A DNA stretch of 64,000 nt from Laetmonice hystrix (taxonomy: Eukaryota): positions 20,460,001 through 20,524,000 of the forward strand of contig OZ249448.1 of NCBI GenBank assembly GCA_965235115.1, written 5' to 3'. Of the stretch, positions 58,819 to 64,000 are shown piece by piece; position 1 is the first letter of the stretch; every line of letters begins with the position of its first letter. The translations under genes were made by a program, and so were the position numbers. The notes beneath the pieces were generated by a model. It did not search any database. It was given only the letters and a program-made list of their open reading frames with translations, and was not told the origin of the DNA.

Positions 58819-61800
58819 ATGCTGGCATCGCGTGGTGGGAGAAAACGGGCGCACACTGCCACTGGCTCGGATGGTGGGGGCCGTGAGGGGGAGGAACGGG
58901 GTTACAAGGAGCGGGGCCCGCCCGACAGCGGCGGCCCTGGACGTGCCACCCGCACGGCTACACGGGCGGCGACGGGCCGAGCGACACGTATCACTACACG
59001 ATCGGCTACACGTAAAGCCATGGGCCGAGCCACACGCCTTACTACACGCTCGGCTTCACAGACAAAGTAAGGACCCAGGGACATGTTCAAAGTACATATC
59101 ACCGAACCGGTGTGTATGACAGGGTTCCCACGGTCATGGAAAATCATATTTGGTTTTCCAGACCTGGAAAAGTCATGGAAAATAGAAAAACGAGGGAAAG
59201 TTATGGAAAAGTAATAGAATTTGAGATTTCTCTTGAACCACATTTTTGTTTTTGTTAGGCCTAAATTGTAAAGTTCCAAAACAAACTACGGGACAATTCG
59301 ATCTAGGATTTTAGTGTATTTGATTAATTTTATCTGGATTGGTCATAAAAGTTTTGGAAAAGTCATGGAATTTCAATATATAGCCAACTTGTGGTACAGC
59401 TAGCTGTATGCAGCAACAAAGTATGATTAGCAAGACCATGTACCAGGCCCATCTAGGGGCAAACTTTTTATAAAAAGAGCAAAAACTTTTTTTTGGGGTC
59501 AGTTTCCTCCCCCTTTCAATCTGCAAGTACAGAACCAGTGTCAGGTCCTAATAAAATCCTTCAAAAAATCTTTAAAAATAACTTAAGTTTGTCTTCTACA
59601 TGTATTTTTTAGTGCAGAGTCAGCTCGTTTGAGACAGGGGTCAGTGTGGAAGAAATGGGGGCCATATCTGTCTGAGCGACAGTGGGGCACGGTCAGAGAG
59701 GACCACTCCGAGGACAACAACTGGTATGGTTTACATGATGTGTACACAATAAGAGAATCTAACTAAGGGGGTATAAACTGGGGATTCGCAGGGTGTACAT
59801 GTTGAGCGCAGACTGGGTGGGGGCTCTGCTAGAGTAGACACTGATGGGGGGGGGGGGGGGCATCAGATTTGGAAAACTGGATGGTCTGAAGTCAGAGTTT
59901 GTGAAAGTTGTGTTACTACTGCCCCTTCCTGAGTGGCTGGTATGCTTGTGGTTTAGCTGGGAATATTTCCCACATGAAGATGCCGTGTCCAGGGCCTACA
60001 AGTGGGGAGAGGATGGACTGTTTGGTGTTGGCGATGATGGTGTCAATGTGTGTCTCAGTCTGGCTCTGTGGAATGGGAAGGATCCAATCCTGAAGGAACG
60101 ACTGTTCGGTCTGACGGGACCTCAGGTAGGCCTGCATATATAGTCACGGTGATCAGTATCTACTGAGGAAATGTAACTTTTCAGTAGCAGCGGATAATGT
60201 AAACCTCAAATTTACAAATTTCAGTACAGAAAATCTGTAGGATTTTTTACTGTGCTGCTGAACAAGACTTGTCATTATACAGAAAACAATATATTTACTT
60301 CTAGTTATAATGTTCAGTGACAGTTTGGTACGGTGACTATGGCTCTACCATTACAGGGTAACCATGGTGAGGACGTCAAGGAACTTTACTACTACCTCGA
60401 TTCCACTCCCACTCACTCCTACATGCGTGGTTTATACAAATACCCACAGGCAGAGTTCCCCTACAGTGAGCTGGTCAAGGTGAACTCCAGACGCACAAAC
60501 ACTGAACCTGAGTATGAACTTCTGGATACAGGTAGCTAAACCTGAGTGTGAACTCCTAGGTACAAGTGGTCAAACTGCAGCATGAACTCTATAGATACAG
60601 GTGGGCAAACCCATGCCTCAAAGAGTTTCATGTTAGAATGAAAACATTGAGTTTATTACACTTGAAATGAATATTTAATTTACCGGTGATGACTTGTCTG
60701 AAATAAGAACATTGTGTTTTGGCACATAAAGCACTGTATTTTAACTAAGGTGATGGGACTTCATTTTGTTCATCAAATAAAATATTACAATACTGAAGTT
60801 TGCAATCTAGGGTAACTTTTAGGAGCACCTCTATGGGATTGTAACTAATTGCAGGTGTGTTTGCTAGTGATGCTTACTGGGATGTGGAGGTGGAGTATGC
60901 CAAGGCCTTCCCTGGGTCCCTGCTCTGTCGGTATACAGTTCACAACCGTGGCACAGAGGGCGCCACCATCACTGTCCTGCCACAGCTGTGGTACAGGTAG
61001 GAAGGGGGTTAAGGGGCTACTTGTCCTTTCTATGTTATTGACTTTTGGTGTGTGCTTTAGTTTGTGCTTCATTCTATAAGTGACCCAAGAAGTATCGATA
61101 AAGATTGAAATTTTTGAACATTATTTTTTACCATAGAGTGCTTTAGTAATAAGTGTATTCCCTGGATAACTGCAGGCCATATTTAGGAGGCTGACTTGTT
61201 CAGGCCTCCAACAGTGTAGAGTGTCCTGTTTCAGGAACACGTGGTCGTGGGCACAGGACAGCGAGGCCGAGATCCCGATATTTGTCCAGGAGTCGGATAC
61301 GACAGTGTCGGGAAAACACCCAGAGATTGGTACAGCAAACCTTGATATAAAACCATGTAGTAATAGAGTAGGCGTAATTAAAGATGTTTAGTATAAAAAG
61401 AGACAGAGCAGTGTTTTCTGATCGTTTCCGTCTGTAAATGTCTGTAGTTTACGGTAATTGAGAAAGGCTGATATTTGGTTTGCTGGATCTAAACCAGGAT
61501 CTACTGCTAACAGGGAGATGGCAAGAGGTGAAATCTGGGATCATAAAGGTTCAGAGTTAAACTGAAGTCCCATTGTGCTGCTCACATTGACACAGGGAGG
61601 TTGGAAGTGGAGTTTGGGAAGACAAGTCATGGACAGTTACCCAAATTGCTCTTCACTAACAACAACACCAACAGTGGAAGGCTTCAAGGCAAGGTGCCAT
61701 CTCGACACGCCAAGGATGCCTTCCATCGCTATATTGTTCATGGTTGGTGGGGATTCCCTGCATTCTCTCGAGTTGACTGTTGTTCTCTGTTACATAGTTT

Positions 61801-63794
61801 GGCACCACCAGTAAGCCCACACTGACTCGTGACTGAACAATGTACAAGATATTGTACACATGTAAATCCTAAGGTGGATAAATTTGAGTGTACTCCATAC
61901 TGATTTTATTTTAGAATCGGGCCTCCTCTGAGGAAGGACTTTTTGAGAGATATCTCTAGGTATAACTGGTGCATCTGTGTGATGTTCTACTCCAGGTGAG
62001 ATAGACCACGTCATATGTGGCACTGCACCAACTGGGACAAAGGTGGGGGCGTTGTACACCCTCACGGTGCCGGCAGGGCAGTTGGCCACGGTGGAGTGCA
62101 TCCTGTCAGAGAAGTGGTGCAGTAGTAAGATTAAAAACATCCTGGCTTTTGGACAAGCTTTTGATGATGTCATAAAACAACGCAGAGAAGAGGCAGATGA
62201 ATTCTACAAAAAGGTCAGTTAGTCAAGTGATCCTGACATATAGTCTTTAAACAAAATTCGTTAGAAAGAAAGGGTATAATTTTTTAAATTTGTGTAAATC
62301 ATTGACAACGTCGGGACCCGTAGTTATAATGATGCTGTATTGTACAGATTCTGCCAGCCCAGCTGACCGATGATGAGAGACTGGTGGCACGCCAGGCCTA
62401 TGCTGGGCTCCTCTGGAGCAAACAGTTCTACTTCTATGGTGTCGAGGATTGGTCAAAAGGTAGTAACTAGGCCCCAGAAACATTTCTCCCCATTTGGCTT
62501 TGTGAGAAATTGTGACTTGTGACTTTGTTAATTTGGCTCAACAGTATGAAGTGCATATATAGGAAATCTATCTTGATATGGGTTGCTGATTTTGACTCTC
62601 ATAATTCTCAGCTCAATGGTTTGAAAAGTCCATGAATTCTAAGCTCCAGAGAGGAAATCAGAGACAAAGCTAAACATGCAGTGGCGCCACCTGGTGAACA
62701 AAGACATCATCTCCATGCCCGATAAATGGGAATTTCCCTGGGTACTGTATCCTCTTATTTTCTTGTCTGAAAAGTATAGACATGGAGGATCATTTAGATT
62801 TCGAATTTTTAAAAAGAGAATAGAGAATAGTAGTGATGAATTTGAAGAAATCTTCATGATTTGAATATGCTGTTAATGTGGACTGATTGTCAAAGGTATG
62901 TACCAGTTCATGTAATATGAGAACTGTTGTGAAGGGAGAACAAAGACATACCACTAGTTAGCTATTGGTGGTGTACAGTCTGAGCCCTGTCCCCTCCTTC
63001 CCCTCTCACAGCATGCTCAGTCTCTCAGTTTGGTAATGTTGGTGGCAGTACGCAACCTGGGACCTCGCCTTCCACATGGTGCCATTTGCTGCCATTGACC
63101 TGGAGTTCACCAAGAACCAGCTCCTGCTGCTGCTGTCCGACAGGTACATGCACCCAAACGGACAGGTAGGGCATGCGGTCAAGCAGACAAATGATTGATT
63201 TATGTTCCAATGTCAGACTGAAAACTCGTGCCAAATGTTTGTCTGGACTATGAGCTATAGTACAGTGATGTTGTAGAGTTTTAGAGGGTAGATTACTCAG
63301 CAATCTAAGGAAGTAAGCTGGGTAGTTGGGGACTGAACTATGAATCGGGACCTTTCTGGTTACTTTTTCTATTGTTTCCATGTCACAGGCATGATGTAGC
63401 GATGCAGCTGTAAACGTTTATCAGCACAGGGCCCGGTTTCTCGAAAATACTTAAGTCTGAGTTTCACTCAACTTTACTCAACTCAGGAAATGGAGGATTT
63501 ACATTGGCTAAAAACGTTCTTTTGAGTAGATTTGAGTGAAACTTAGACTTAAGTATACTTAAGTATGTTCGAGAAATCGGGCCCAGAAGGTACGATTTGA
63601 ATACTTTCACTTTAACCCAGGTATGACATTTCTATTCAACAGCTTCCAGCATACGAGTTCAACTTCAGTGATGTAAACCCACCAGTCCATGCTTGGGCCT
63701 GCCTGCATGTGTACCGTGTGGGCAAGACACAAGGAATTGATGACACAACCTTTCTGAAAAAAGTCTTTCATCGGCTCCTACTCAACTTCAACTG
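58819..63794 (+). CDS. YMR196W-like / MGH1-like glycoside hydrolase (GH63-related), 5' part, continues beyond window
   Basis: Exons 58819-59066 (putative first), 59613-59723 ([19 protein letters not shown]), 59957-60125 ([10 protein letters not shown]...[20 protein letters not shown]), 60357-60531 ([23 protein letters not shown]), 60855-60996, 61235-61329 (RNTWSW), 61596-61742 (KDAFHRYIV), 61996-62213, 62348-62459 ([14 protein letters not shown]), 62650-62741 ([13 protein letters not shown]), 63049-63165 (WDLAFH...YMHPNGQ), 63643-63794 ([19 protein letters not shown]...HRLLLNFNW). These motifs are characteristic of the bacterial/fungal YMR196W family. Confidence 0.88.
59120..59403. mobile_element. 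DNA-transposon-derived repeat in intron 1 of the glycoside hydrolase gene
   Basis: Starts CAGGGTTCCCACGGTCATGG with repeated GGAAAAGTCATGGAA subunits. The right end is decayed. Confidence 0.55.
63430..63583. mobile_element. PIF/Harbinger-like MITE
   Basis: CAG|GGCCCGGTTTCTCGAAAATACTTAAGTCTGAGTTTCACTCAA ... TTGAGTGAAACTTAGACTTAAGTAT..TTCGAGAAATCGGGCC|CAG, with about 40-bp inverted arms and a 3-bp target duplication. Confidence 0.75.
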
Positions 63795-64000
63795 GTAAGT
63801 CAGAAATTGCAACAATTGCTCAGATGCCATTGAAGAGTTGCATCCATATTAAGTTAATGGTTTAACAGTATTACGTCAAAGAGTGAAAAAAACGATTTTA
63901 AAGGGGATCTAATATTGCTTATAAATAAGGACTCATATTCTTAATTTTGGTATTTTTGGTTGTCTGATCTCTGAGGTGGATCAATCAGAAGAGTGTGGAG

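Noticed and set aside
62600-62649. Alternative upstream acceptors for hydrolase exon 10
   Set aside because: The ctcag at about 62610 is out of frame (stop). The aag at 62643 is in frame but weaker than the cag at 62649, so the exact boundary is uncertain by two codons.
1-64000. tRNA, rRNA, snRNA genes or autonomous transposon ORFs
   Set aside because: No cloverleaf with A/B boxes, no recognisable snRNA or rRNA sequence, and no transposase or reverse-transcriptase motifs were seen by eye.

Overview
Eukaryotic genomic DNA from an intron-rich animal, most likely a non-vertebrate bilaterian (taxon inferred, not shown), with one assembly gap (N run 31370-31555). Five spliced protein-coding genes can be reconstructed from GT-AG boundaries and recognisable protein motifs. 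(1) An SRRM2/Cwc21-family splicing factor (invertebrate Srrm234 type) lies on the minus strand, spans about 40-45 kb and runs off the left edge. (2) SBDS is on the minus strand at 47549-49943. (3) An unnamed plus-strand gene head-to-head with SBDS (50700-53442) encodes three C2H2 fingers and two N-terminal ribbon-helix-helix-like motifs. (4) DcpS scavenger decapping enzyme is at 55749-57856 on the plus strand. (5) A yeast YMR196W/MGH1-like GH63-related glycoside hydrolase starts at about 58819 on the plus strand and runs off the right edge. The SRRM2 introns left of about 37 kb are packed with unrelated minisatellites, while the right half is compact and carries small DNA-transposon-derived MITEs and palindromes. 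The two strongest leads are a multi-way 3' end switch in SRRM2 and the tandem RHH-like plus C2H2 protein. In that switch, read-through of one donor gives a stop, a 10-nt microexon carries two tandem stops, a 23-nt microexon frameshifts, and skipping both opens a long RS-rich extension that may carry the neural eMIC domain just outside the window. All exon models are read by eye from sequence only, with no expression evidence.
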